From Haloquadratum walsbyi C23 (GTDB lineage Archaea; Halobacteriota; Halobacteria; Halobacteriales; Haloferacaceae), in NCBI RefSeq assembly GCF_000237865.1, contig NC_017459.1, positions 2,190,001 through 2,222,000 on the forward strand: a stretch of DNA of 32,000 nucleotides, written 5' to 3'. How positions within the stretch are numbered: the stretch's first letter is position 1; every line of letters starts with the position of its first letter. Shown one piece after another: positions 1 to 8,730 of this stretch. The notes under the pieces were generated by a model. That model did no database searches. It saw only the letters and a program-made list of their open reading frames with translations, and was not told where the DNA came from. The translations under genes were made by a program, and so were the position numbers.

Positions 1-171
1 ATAACAACACCCGATGTATCAACGCTTGGGTTTGAAGCTGTGAGAGTCCTTATTCCGGGCGCACAACCGCTATTCCAACAACACAGTTTCTTCGGTGAGC
101 GAGCAAAACGTGTCCCGCGCGAGTTTGGATTTGACGCCAAACTTGATCGACCGTTCCACCCATTCCCGTAA
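1..171 (+). CDS. 3' end of a YcaO-type protein gene (5' part outside window)
   Basis: Frame 1 is open from base 1 to TAA at 169-171. The translation ITTPDVSTLGFEAVRVLIPGAQPLFQQHSFFGERAKRVPREFGFDAKLDRPFHPFP resembles the conserved C-terminal segment of archaeal YcaO-domain proteins. Recognised from memory only. Confidence 0.45.
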   Translation: MTTPDVSTLGFEAVRVLIPGAQPLFQQHSFFGERAKRVPREFGFDAKLDRPFHPFP

Positions 172-187
172 CAACTGAACGTCTCAG

Positions 188-195
188 TTTTTTTT
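188..195 (+). terminator. T8 run 17 nt after the stop of the YcaO-type gene; candidate archaeal oligo-T terminator
   Basis: tttttttt at 188-195 directly downstream of the TAA at 169-171. Archaeal termination commonly uses oligo-T tracts. Confidence 0.3.
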
Positions 196-270
196 ATATT
201 ACAATTACAATCACAATCATAGGGTTATGAGATCTATTCCTATACCACATAAGTATAGATCAAAAATATG

Positions 271-1473
271 TCAGACCCCGAATGTCGCTCGAAGCATGTC
301 ACGCGTGCCTGGTCCCAATCCAACTGCCAAAACCGCAATGAGAAGTAACATTGTGTAGCGAGGACTCTCCTCAAATATTTCTGGTTCGAATACCCAGATG
401 ACAAATGTTGCTGCAAGGAGTTTTATCAGGAGAAACGGCCATGTATCACCGGTAATAGCCAGAACTGATGTCGGAAGCACCGATCCAGTAACGTCAACAA
501 CAAACTGATTGACAGGATGTTTCGGCACGAGATTTGGTCCAGCACCAATTGCGCGCATCCAATCAAGCCCAATCACATTTGCGACCCCATCGACAGCATG
601 TCCCCAAAGAATAACGAGTCCAACGAACTCTGTGCCACGATTAATTGACGGCATGAACGTTTTGATGACCCACCATGTGATTCCAGTTACAGCAGTTGCC
701 CCAATGACTACGGTGAGAAGCACCTGCGGATAAAATTCAACACCAGGAGCTGAATTGATTACAAGTGAAATAAGATAGCCAAGAGCAAGCGCGAGTACTC
801 CTGTTCCAGTGATGAATAAAAGCCGATCATATCGTTCAACGAGACCACGGCGTTCTGCCCAGACAGTGAATCCAACAGCAACAAGTGTGACTGCAAAGAC
901 AGTGAAGTAGATGATTGGGCTGATGACAAGTGTATTGAGTGGATAACTGATGAGTGCGTCAGCAGACGGGACAGCGTCATTTGCGTCTTCAATGACTCTG
1001 AGTGCCCCACCAAAGAAGATGAATGGGGTAAGTGCATAGAATAGTTGTCGATCGGATCCAATCTTAAGTTGGCGAAGAAGAAACACCACCCCAATTAATG
1101 CAACAAGCAAGGTAATCATGTATCCAACTTCAGAAACGAGTGTATAGCCAGGATATGCAACAGGTTCAGTGGCGTTGGCACACGCCGTTGTACTCGTGAG
1201 GTATTGTACCGTTGAGCCAGGTCTAACTGCACATACCGCAGAGTTTGCATCCGCCTGAACCGGTCCCCAGAAATAATGCCAGAGAAAGCTATCATAAATC
1301 GTCTCTGGTGCGACAAGTGATCCAATAACAAGCACAGCGACTGTCGTCGATACAGTGCCAACCCACAGACGCTCTGGGGAAGTATCAAGACGAGCAGCGA
1401 CAGTAGACATATGCGTATTGCCGGTGGCATCACTGTTGAGAATTCCGGTCCACTCTAACGAATACACTGACAA
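271..1473 (-). CDS. polytopic membrane protein, probably DUF63 family
   Basis: 400-aa ORF with many hydrophobic segments. [15 protein letters not shown] and [12 protein letters not shown]...PKHPVN resemble the DUF63 signature as remembered. An internal Met at codon 22 (about 1410) is an alternative start. The overlapping ORFs 509-733, 759-1094 and 1116-1433 are out-of-frame shadows. Confidence 0.6.
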   Translation of the reverse strand: MSVYSLEWTGILNSDATGNTHMSTVAARLDTSPERLWVGTVSTTVAVLVIGSLVAPETIYDSFLWHYFWGPVQADANSAVCAVRPGSTVQYLTSTTACANATEPVAYPGYTLVSEVGYMITLLVALIGVVFLLRQLKIGSDRQLFYALTPFIFFGGALRVIEDANDAVPSADALISYPLNTLVISPIIYFTVFAVTLVAVGFTVWAERRGLVERYDRLLFITGTGVLALALGYLISLVINSAPGVEFYPQVLLTVVIGATAVTGITWWVIKTFMPSINRGTEFVGLVILWGHAVDGVANVIGLDWMRAIGAGPNLVPKHPVNQFVVDVTGSVLPTSVLAITGDTWPFLLIKLLAATFVIWVFEPEIFEESPRYTMLLLIAVLAVGLGPGTRDMLRATFGV

Positions 1474-1640
1474 CTCTATGACTCAGTTAATTATAGTTAT
1501 TTACTGAAAATCAGAGGCTGAAGCCTCGCTCAACAATGCGAAGAGGAATTAATCTGATTGATAATTATTGACCATTGATCCTGAGTCACAGATGAATAGC
1601 TGGAACGACTAGCACAGTACGCCAGTGATATCGGGTTAAT

Positions 1641-2453
1641 TCATCTTTGGTCCGCGTCTGGGTGATCGATTGACTGTGCTGCTGAGAGAGCGTTCGAGTG
1701 TATCAATCCATTTGAGGCGATAAGCCCAATAGAGTCGTGTCGAAATGTGTCACCGTGGAGGTCCGTCACAGTACCACCAGCAGCACGAACCATTGCCACA
1801 CCCGCAAGTGTATCCCATGGTTTTGTCCGAAGATTTGTAATAACGGCATCAAGCGACCCATCAGCAACACTGGCAAGAGCAGCCTGCGCAGAGCCTATTC
1901 GGCGAAGATCACCAAAACGATCAACAATAGCCTGACATGCGTTGCCATATTGATTACGTGAATCGAAATCCCACCACATTGTTGGAGTAACAACGCCTGC
2001 TTCTGGGTCTGTTGTCTCTGAGACCGACACAGGGGTGCCGTTCCTGTATGCTGACTCGCCATCAGTCCAGTAATTATCATCGAGTGCTGGCAGAGTTATG
2101 ACTCCAGCAGTGACAACACCATCACGCACAACGCCAACAACTGTTGCCCAAGTCCGTGTGCCACGAACATAGTTATTTGTGCCGTCAATTGGGTCAATAA
2201 CCCATACCGTGTCATCTTCAGGGACGACTTTCAGTGCATCCTCTTCTTCACCAACAATAGCGTCTTCAGGAAAGGTCTCACGAATCGATTCAATGACTGC
2301 TGTTTGAGCATCACGGTCGGCTTGCGTCACAACATCTGTTTTCGCATCTTTTTGTTCAATTGCAAGTTTTGTTCGAAAACTATCAGCAGCGACATGTGCA
2401 CCGGCACGCGCGGCATCACGTGCGACGCTGATACGCTCAGATGTCGTCATCAC
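1641..2453 (-). CDS. suhB: inositol monophosphatase / fructose-1,6-bisphosphatase family protein
   Basis: 270 aa with the family motifs EEE...(metal site) and WVIDPIDGTNNY, plus the C-terminal WDTLAG motif. Confidence 0.9.
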   Translation of the reverse strand: MMTTSERISVARDAARAGAHVAADSFRTKLAIEQKDAKTDVVTQADRDAQTAVIESIRETFPEDAIVGEEEDALKVVPEDDTVWVIDPIDGTNNYVRGTRTWATVVGVVRDGVVTAGVITLPALDDNYWTDGESAYRNGTPVSVSETTDPEAGVVTPTMWWDFDSRNQYGNACQAIVDRFGDLRRIGSAQAALASVADGSLDAVITNLRTKPWDTLAGVAMVRAAGGTVTDLHGDTFRHDSIGLIASNGLIHSNALSAAQSIDHPDADQR

Positions 2454-2877
2454 GTGTAAGATTCGTCGTTAGGACGGGGATATCTGCACGCGCAACAATT
2501 GACTGTGAAACGCTGCCGACTAGATTCTCGGTATAATCAGCTCGGCGTGTCCCCATTGTGATGAGATCGACATCTGTCTCAGTGGCGTATGAAATAATCT
2601 CATCGGCTGGATCGCCTTTACGAAGTGCTGTTGTTGTTTTGATATCAGAATTATCGAAGAGACGAGCAGTTGCTTCGAGGGCAGTTTCGCCTTCAGCTTC
2701 AAGTTCGGCAATTACGTCGGCTTTCATTCCATCCTGAAGTGTGAGGAATGCCCGATCATCAACAACATATAGAATGTGTATCACCGCGTCACGTCGAGAC
2801 GCAATATCAATCGCATGATCAATGACAGTCTGCATCGCATCGGTCCCATCCGTCGGTAATAAGATTCGATTGAACAT
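2437..2877 (-). CDS. universal stress protein (UspA family)
   Basis: 146 aa. N-terminal MFNRILLPTDGTD and C-terminal GSVSQSIVARADIPVL are typical Usp signatures. The gene overlaps the downstream suhB-like start by 17 nt, suggesting an operon. Confidence 0.9.
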   Translation of the reverse strand: MFNRILLPTDGTDAMQTVIDHAIDIASRRDAVIHILYVVDDRAFLTLQDGMKADVIAELEAEGETALEATARLFDNSDIKTTTALRKGDPADEIISYATETDVDLITMGTRRADYTENLVGSVSQSIVARADIPVLTTNLTRDDDI

Positions 2878-3017
2878 GTAACCTCATATGTCAACTATAT
2901 CTGCGTAGTTCTATATCCTCCTTTCTTATCCCGTAATATATTAATGGTAGTTTATTACCGATGTCAGGTGATTACTATGGGCGAATTGTTTTTTTACTGG
3001 ATGATCGACAAATAGTG

Positions 3018-3377
3018 ATGAGTGTAATTGCATTATTGAGTGTTGCACCAGTGATTGAAGAGAGTATGGCAAGTGATGTTGCGGACGCCGTGGAAGCGCT
3101 TGATGAGTTCCCGGTTAGTTATGAGACGAATCCAATGGGGACAGTCATCGAAGCAGATGACACAGAAACGTTATTTACTGCTGCGCAAGCTGCACATGAT
3201 GCTGTCGATGCAGATCGTGTGAGCACCGTCTTGAAGATTGATGATAAACGGGCGCGTGACACAACCGCGCAAGAGAAGGTCAATGCTGTTGAGGAGACTC
3301 TTGGCCGACCTGCTCGAGGTGACAGTCTGTCGCCGACTGAAGGGTCGAAGACAAAAACAGTCAAAAACGATGAGTGA
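3018..3377 (+). CDS. MTH1187/YkoF-like (UPF0045) thiamine-binding family protein
   Basis: MSVIALLSVAPVIEESMASDVADAVEALDEFPVSYETNPMGTVIEAD matches the MTH1187-family N-terminus. The ATG at 3018 fits the family length better than the upstream ATG at 2961. Confidence 0.75.
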   Translation: MSVIALLSVAPVIEESMASDVADAVEALDEFPVSYETNPMGTVIEADDTETLFTAAQAAHDAVDADRVSTVLKIDDKRARDTTAQEKVNAVEETLGRPARGDSLSPTEGSKTKTVKNDE

Positions 3378-3419
3378 GTGACACTACTGCATTCAATTCG
3401 AAAAACCCTAGATCTAGGT

Positions 3420-3443
3420 TCAAATAAAAAATTCTTTATTTGA
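3420..3443 (+). terminator. AT-rich 9-bp hairpin downstream of the MTH1187-family gene
   Basis: tcaaataaa (3420-3428), loop aaattc, tttatttga (3435-3443); located 43 nt after the stop codon. Confidence 0.3.
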
Positions 3444-3603
3444 GTTCAAACAGCGTATTCCAACTATCTCAGCCGGCTTTGGATTACATCTAATCAATTG
3501 AGATACTCGCTCTCCCTCGCCTGTGGGATATCTTATCCAGTAAAATATCTATTCAACCATGGAGAATTAAGCGATAACATGTTTAAATTTCTGAGCGAAC
3601 CCC

Positions 3604-3609
3604 TTTATT
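3604..3609 (+). promoter_or_regulatory. TATA-like box for a probably leaderless mch transcript
   Basis: tttatt is centred about 25 nt upstream of the ATG at 3631. This spacing is typical of haloarchaeal leaderless mRNAs. Confidence 0.3.
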
Positions 3610-3630
3610 GAGCGCCAGTCAATAATAAGT

Positions 3631-4569
3631 ATGGATTCAATCAACCGGATGGCGGTTGAGCTTGTTGATGAGGCGATTGATTTTGCTGAAGAACTTCGAA
3701 TCGTTCCACAGGAATTGGATTCGGGTGCGAGAGTGCTTGATTTTGGTGTAAATGCAGAGGGTGGCGTTGAAGCTGGATTATTACTTGCTGAAATCCAGAC
3801 TGCTGGATTAGCAACTGTGCAAACCCGGATGGATGAGATTGCAGGCGTGCAAACACCACACGTCGAAGTTCAAACAGACCACCCTGCGGTAGCATTACTG
3901 TGTTCGCAAAAAGCAGGATGGGAGCTTGAGTTTGATGACCCAACGTTCGAGGGACTTGGGGCAGGACCAGCCCGTGCACTTGTTGCTGAAGAGGATGAAT
4001 TCCAGGCACTCGAATATTTTGATGAGTTTGACTTGGCTGTGCTTAGCGTTGAGAGCATTTCACTTCCATCTGAGACTGTTATTGAACATGTCGCGAATAA
4101 AACAGATGTCAATCTGAGCGGGGTTATGCTCCCAACATATGCCACTGGATCGGTTGTTGGAAGCGTCACAGCCGCAGCGCGAGCTGCAGAACTTGCATTA
4201 TTCCGATTATTTGAACTTGGATATGATGTTCGAAACGTTCATTCAGCATTTGGGTCAGCACCGATTGCACCAATTAGCTATAATGAAAGTATCGCAATGG
4301 GGCGAACGAATGATGCATTAGCATACGGGGGCACTGTGCATCTCACCGTCACGGCGGATGACCCTGTACTCAAAGAACTCCCCTCGACTGCTCGTGATAA
4401 ATATGGAACACCATTCGAGGAGATATTTGCTGAGGCAGATTGGGATTTCTATGATGTTCCAGAAAGTGTGTTTGCGCCCGCACAGGTGACTGTTGATGTG
4501 ATTGATGGTCCAACCCACGTTCTTGGCGAGACGAATGAGGAGCTTGTAGCTGAGTCATTTGAATATTAA
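3631..4569 (+). CDS. mch: methenyltetrahydromethanopterin cyclohydrolase
   Basis: 312 aa. The length and N-terminal region (SINRMAVELVDEAIDFAEEL...) and the overall acidic sequence match archaeal Mch as remembered. Confidence 0.85.
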   Translation: MDSINRMAVELVDEAIDFAEELRIVPQELDSGARVLDFGVNAEGGVEAGLLLAEIQTAGLATVQTRMDEIAGVQTPHVEVQTDHPAVALLCSQKAGWELEFDDPTFEGLGAGPARALVAEEDEFQALEYFDEFDLAVLSVESISLPSETVIEHVANKTDVNLSGVMLPTYATGSVVGSVTAAARAAELALFRLFELGYDVRNVHSAFGSAPIAPISYNESIAMGRTNDALAYGGTVHLTVTADDPVLKELPSTARDKYGTPFEEIFAEADWDFYDVPESVFAPAQVTVDVIDGPTHVLGETNEELVAESFEY

Positions 4570-4730
4570 TTATACTTTGTTTGAGCACGTCAGTATGGTG
4601 AAATATTACATAGTGTATATTTTCATAAATTGCCTCCCGGACAGCGGTGAATTAGTGATCCTTCGACTGATATGGCGTGCACAACAAGCAATATGAATCA
4701 AAAGACATGGTGATTACCCTGAATTCAGTA

Positions 4731-6107
4731 TCAAGCTGCTGGCGTTGCTGGATCATCATCGGCGTCTCCATCAGTCTCAGCGGATGAGTCGTCTCCATCA
4801 AGAAGCCCATCATTGATATTGTCATCACCGTATTGCTCACGAAGTCGACGGATACGTGTTGGAATCGGCGGGTGAGTCATATGGAATGCAGCGTATGCTG
4901 GATGTGGGAACGGATTCTGCAGATTTTCCCCAGCGAGTGTTTGAAGTGCCTGTGTCATAGCCGCTGGTCCGCCCATGGTTTCGGCTGCGAAGTCATCAGC
5001 CTCACGCTCATGCGATAATGAAAGGCGGTTCGTCACGGGTGACAGAAGTCCAAGAACTGGTCCAGCATACAACAGTCCAATGCCTAATGCAGCGTATGTC
5101 ACCGATGGAAGATTAAATGCAGTATACACCCACTCAGAGCTGGTAATCCACCATAGGAAGGCAAAAACTGCTCCCATCTGGATTGTGGACGCAACAAGTT
5201 GCTTCCAAATATGTGCTTTCTTCCAGTGTGCAAGCTCGTGTGCGAGAACCGCCTGAATTGAATTGGTGCTCATTTGCTCGATAAGAGTGTCAAACAAAAC
5301 AACTCGTTTAGCGCGACCAAATCCAATGAAATATGCATTTGAGTGCGACGACCGACGGCTTGCATCCATTTCATATATTTGCTCACAATCGAATCCAGCC
5401 CGACTGAACACATCTTCAACCGCATCACGAAGCGCTCCGGACTCAATTGGCTCGAAATCGTTGAACAGCGGTGCAATTACCCGTGGATATATCACCATCG
5501 TCGCGAGTGAAACACCAATGACAATGAGCCATCCGAGAACAGGCCATAACGATGGGACGGCTTCGATGACCCAAAGGACGGTTCCACCAATCAGCGTAGC
5601 TGCAATGAGTCCAATCACAAGACCAATTATCCAGTCACGAAGCCATAGCATAACCGTTTGATTGTTGAATCCGAATCGATCCTCAATAACAAATGTCTTG
5701 TATAGATCAAATGGTGCACTGAGGAACCGCGAACCAGCAACAGCACCAGCGATGAGTAGTACACCTTGTATGGATGGAGTCAATCCAGTTTGTGTGAGCG
5801 CTCGCGTCAAATCAGTGTAGATCCCGGTCACTACAATAGCTAAGAGAATAGCAAGTCCGACCCATGATTGAATCCGTGAGAGGATTGTTGTTGAACGCTG
5901 GTATGCAAGGATTCGCTCAGGATCTGAAATATTGAGTCCATCACGAATCCATGTATCTGCATCGCGGACAGCTGCAGCCCCGTAACTGATATTAAGCATA
6001 TCAAGTGCTGAATACACCACCTGAACACCAACAAGCAAAACAGCTAGTCCAATGACTGGCGTTGAGAGCGAGAGCATATATAGAAGATGTGGAGCCGACG
6101 TTTTCAA
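4731..6107 (-). CDS. M48-family (Ste24/HtpX-like) zinc metalloprotease, membrane bound
   Basis: 458 aa with multiple TM segments. HELAHWKKAH is an HExxH motif and a downstream glutamate lies in SLSHEREAD. An acidic C-terminal tail is present. Confidence 0.85.
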   Translation of the reverse strand: MKTSAPHLLYMLSLSTPVIGLAVLLVGVQVVYSALDMLNISYGAAAVRDADTWIRDGLNISDPERILAYQRSTTILSRIQSWVGLAILLAIVVTGIYTDLTRALTQTGLTPSIQGVLLIAGAVAGSRFLSAPFDLYKTFVIEDRFGFNNQTVMLWLRDWIIGLVIGLIAATLIGGTVLWVIEAVPSLWPVLGWLIVIGVSLATMVIYPRVIAPLFNDFEPIESGALRDAVEDVFSRAGFDCEQIYEMDASRRSSHSNAYFIGFGRAKRVVLFDTLIEQMSTNSIQAVLAHELAHWKKAHIWKQLVASTIQMGAVFAFLWWITSSEWVYTAFNLPSVTYAALGIGLLYAGPVLGLLSPVTNRLSLSHEREADDFAAETMGGPAAMTQALQTLAGENLQNPFPHPAYAAFHMTHPPIPTRIRRLREQYGDDNINDGLLDGDDSSAETDGDADDDPATPAA

Positions 6108-6156
6108 CCCCTCGGGAGGGATAAAGATCGATATCTATGATTTGGTCTGAATTGTT

Positions 6157-6363
6157 CAATGCGGTTTGTACGTGCGTGAGGAACACGGCGATATGTGCAA
6201 CGCTGATATGAATAGGACGGAGAACATCCGTTTCGACATCAACAACACAGAAAGTAACTCCCAGTTTGCGTCCAACTTGGACGGGGATGTGAGTGTCGAC
6301 TGGTTGGCGCAGTCCAGGGTCATCCTTCGTGGTTTATCAGATAGATTTTCATCGAGAAAATAA
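6157..6363 (+). pseudogene. tnpB: C-terminal remnant (about 69 codons) of an IS1341-type tnpB
   Basis: The translation CGLYVREEHGDMCNADMNRTENIRFDINNTESNS...VDWLAQSRV aligns with the C-terminus of the intact TnpB at 19356-20720 (RGLYVCEEHGD..FNADVNGAENIRLDINQSNSES...GWLAQPGV). No upstream tnpB sequence is present, because the M48 gene start lies at 6107. Confidence 0.75.
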
Positions 6364-6437
6364 GTGGTAGAATGCAAACCCTACTATCACAACTGCGGTC
6401 GAGAATAATCGCTCTTCAACGCCGGGAGGATATCAAT
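6157..6437 (+). mobile_element. right-end (RE) remnant of an IS1341-type element: tnpB 3' fragment plus terminal non-coding segment
   Basis: Downstream of the remnant stop, tgcaaaccctactatc and gggaggatatcaat (6424-6437) match tgcaaaccctaatatc and ggaggaggatgtcaat on the minus strand after the intact tnpB. Similarity is lost after about 6437-6441. Confidence 0.6.
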
Positions 6438-8061
6438 CTGAGAGGTCAATATGTGTGGTAACATCAGTGACCGTTCCAACACCCTTTGATTGTCCCTCAC
6501 GGAATACAAAGCGTTGTCCCTCTTCTACAAGATATTGGCGAAATTTGAATTCGACAGTTGCAGTACCGGTATCGCCAGGAAGGAGTTGCCCCTCGTCTGG
6601 ATGAAAGATAACAGCTTCACTTGCTGTTTGAAGATGAACAACGGGTTCATAGCCATCACGAATTCGTGTCGGGTGATTGAGTACCATTATTTCAGCCTCA
6701 AATGAGCGAACAGCGGTTGGATCATTTTCCGCTGGAAGCAGTGCCATCCCGCGTTCAATATCTTCCTCATCGACACCTTTCAGTGCAATGCCAACGATTC
6801 TTCCTGCTTCCGCGCGGTCGACACGATGATAATGCATTTCAATTGAACGCACTTCGACATCACGGAATGAGCCATCCGGCATTGGACCAATTTGTAGTTC
6901 ATCACCAGCCTCAACACTACCAGATCCAACAGTCCCTGAGGCAACAGCACCAACACCAGTCACGGAGTATGTACGGTCAATGTACATCCGAAAATCATCT
7001 CGATCATGATTGGTTGTTTTCGGGAGAGACTCAAACATTGAGTCAAGCTCATCAAGCCCAGTCATCGTCACTGCACTTGTTCGGAGGATCGGGACAACTG
7101 AGTCACTTAGTTCATCAACAGCCGCCGCAACCCCATGTCGCTCGATCAAAAACGGCGTTCGACCGACATCGCGGAGTAATCGCTCAACAGCACGCTCAAC
7201 CTCAGCAACGCGGTCGGTATCAACCATATCAACCTTTGTGATTGCAACAACCGTCGGAAGTTCCATTGCAAGTAGAATGCCAAGGTGTTCACGTGTGGTC
7301 TTTGTCGGACCATCATCAGCAGCGACGACAAGAAGTCCATAATCAAGTCGCTGCCCAACAAGTCCACGGATAGTTGTTCGAAGCCACGGTTCATGTCCTA
7401 CTGTGTCAACAAACGAGACAAGACGGTCTGACTCTTCGACAACCCGGGCTCGGTCTGATTTCCGATGTGGATTATCCATATGGACGGTGTCAGTGTCAGT
7501 AAATCCATACACAGCATATGAGAGGTCAGCTGAGAGACCGCGCTCAACCTCATGTGGTTGTACATCAAGAAAACCACGGGTCTGCCCCTGCCCATCATCA
7601 GCAGTCCCAGTCACGAGTGAGCCAACAAGCGTCGACTTTCCATGATCAACGTGACCGGCTGTCCCAACGACAATATGATCATCGTCGACATTGAGCATTG
7701 ACCCCTCGTTGAGAGTTGCAACCCCAACACGCCCACGCTCTGTTTCAGTACCAACTCCCCAGGTTTCAACATCCTCAATATGTGCTCCAGCCTCTTCGGC
7801 AAGCACAGAAAGAACATCCATTGACTCTGAGAACGCATCCGCAGAAATGCCGGCAATACCGCCATCGTCGGTCACACCGATAACGTACATCGCGGTGCCA
7901 TCGCCTGAGAGTATTCGATGGCGCAACTGTGCTGCGAGACTCTCAAGTCGTCCATCTGCGAGGTGTACCTCACGAGAGAGTCGTTCTTTGAACTCAACGT
8001 TTCCTCCCTCCTCCTCGCCGCGATCGAGGGCCGCCTCAAGAGCGGCCCGATCCGCGCTCAT
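6433..8061 (-). CDS. GTPBP1-like translational-type GTPase (EF-1alpha/EF-Tu domain architecture)
   Basis: G1 GHVDHGKST, G3 DTVGHE and G4 TKVD are followed by beta-barrel domains. The start is assigned to the ATG at 8061 (MSADRAALEAALDRGEEEGG). The 72 upstream codons of the tracked ORF (CLCLWLCC...SQSQS) are translated simple repeats. Confidence 0.85.
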   Translation of the reverse strand: MSADRAALEAALDRGEEEGGNVEFKERLSREVHLADGRLESLAAQLRHRILSGDGTAMYVIGVTDDGGIAGISADAFSESMDVLSVLAEEAGAHIEDVETWGVGTETERGRVGVATLNEGSMLNVDDDHIVVGTAGHVDHGKSTLVGSLVTGTADDGQGQTRGFLDVQPHEVERGLSADLSYAVYGFTDTDTVHMDNPHRKSDRARVVEESDRLVSFVDTVGHEPWLRTTIRGLVGQRLDYGLLVVAADDGPTKTTREHLGILLAMELPTVVAITKVDMVDTDRVAEVERAVERLLRDVGRTPFLIERHGVAAAVDELSDSVVPILRTSAVTMTGLDELDSMFESLPKTTNHDRDDFRMYIDRTYSVTGVGAVASGTVGSGSVEAGDELQIGPMPDGSFRDVEVRSIEMHYHRVDRAEAGRIVGIALKGVDEEDIERGMALLPAENDPTAVRSFEAEIMVLNHPTRIRDGYEPVVHLQTASEAVIFHPDEGQLLPGDTGTATVEFKFRQYLVEEGQRFVFREGQSKGVGTVTDVTTHIDLSD

Positions 8062-8165
8062 ATCGATAGGTAGGCAATGATTTATTAAAACCCTTTTCGT
8101 GGTGTGGCTTCTCTTCTCACAATATTGGTATCGAGGTGTATTGAGTATGTGGATGCAGATGTGCC

Positions 8166-8189
8166 GTGACTGTGACTGTGACAGTGATG
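8166..8189. repeat. hexanucleotide tract (gtgact gtgact gtgaca gtgatg)
   Basis: Direct reading of the sequence. It is the imperfect inverted partner of the tract at 8257-8275. Confidence 0.7.
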
Positions 8190-8256
8190 CAAGGTGAAAG
8201 CCCACACGGCTTTGATAATGTGGGAACTCACCTGCGGGCAAAACAATACAACATAG

Positions 8257-8275
8257 CCACAGACACAGACACAGC
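8257..8275. repeat. hexanucleotide tract (cc acagac acagac acagc)
   Basis: Direct reading. It is complementary to 8166-8189 apart from two A-A mismatches in 17 positions. Confidence 0.7.
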
Positions 8276-8389
8276 ATCGACAGATTGGCTGTACGATGAG
8301 AGCCGGTTAATTGGAGTAACCTATGGGAAGCACGCGAATCACCGCTGAACGGGAGTCACGATTGTTGTCCTGAGTTACAAAAAGTGAGA

Positions 8390-8706
8390 CTCTCCCGCGG
8401 TTGAAGACCTGTCTCTTACCCATAAGTTCGTGGAGTCGTAACCGGACGTTTCAGACGCTGTCAGAGGTATTTTGAACGCAGAAAATCGAGGAGAGAGGCG
8501 ATTCAAACAGTGATATTGGCTGTGGGGGTTATAGAACGCCGGTAATCAACTCCACTACGATTGTTCCAAAGAGGTATTAAATCTGTAGATACCGAGGATT
8601 TCAGTTGTGCTCGCCGATCCCGATCCCGTTCCGCTAAAGTCTTGACTCGAGTTGTGGGTAAGAGATAGGGTTGAAGACGCGGGTATTCTCCTTGTACTCT
8701 ATAACT
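8390..8706 (-). mobile_element. solo LE-type palindromic unit (IS1341/PATE-like end), split by MITE copy 1
   Basis: With 8409-8678 removed, the sequence reads ...cccgcg gttgaaga cgcggg tattctccttgtactctataact. This is about 35 nt homologous to the unit upstream of the intact tnpB (20816-20830 plus 22771-22802). Confidence 0.5.
8409..8668 (+). mobile_element. MITE copy 1 (260 bp) with IS4/Tn5-like termini
   Basis: Termini are ctgtctcttaccca... and ...tgggtaagagatag. It is flanked by a perfect 10-bp direct repeat ggttgaagac (8399-8408 and 8669-8678). The interior is collinear with copies at 20831-21089 and 30590-30848. Confidence 0.85.
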
Positions 8707-8730
8707 GGGCGTAGTATTGGGAGATCACTA

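Noticed and set aside
172-270. acaatt/acaatc short repeats (attacaattacaatcacaatcat) after the first gene.
   Set aside because: Only three short imperfect units in AT-rich intergenic DNA, with no second copy or structure found. Treated as low-complexity sequence.
2961-3017. Upstream ATG for the MTH1187-family gene (MSGDYYGRIVFLLDDRQIV).
   Set aside because: The family normally starts right at the MxVIAxxSVxP strand. The ATG at 3018 gives that N-terminus.
8166-8275. Possible CRISPR-like or minisatellite array.
   Set aside because: The units are only 6 nt long with no spacer structure, and no cas genes are in the window. These are simple hexamer tracts.
8062-8277. N-terminal 72-codon extension of the GTPase ORF (MLCLCLWLCCIVLP...SQSQSRH).
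   Set aside because: It is a translation of hexanucleotide simple repeats with non-haloarchaeal composition. A good ATG at 8061 gives a normal GTPBP1-like N-terminus.
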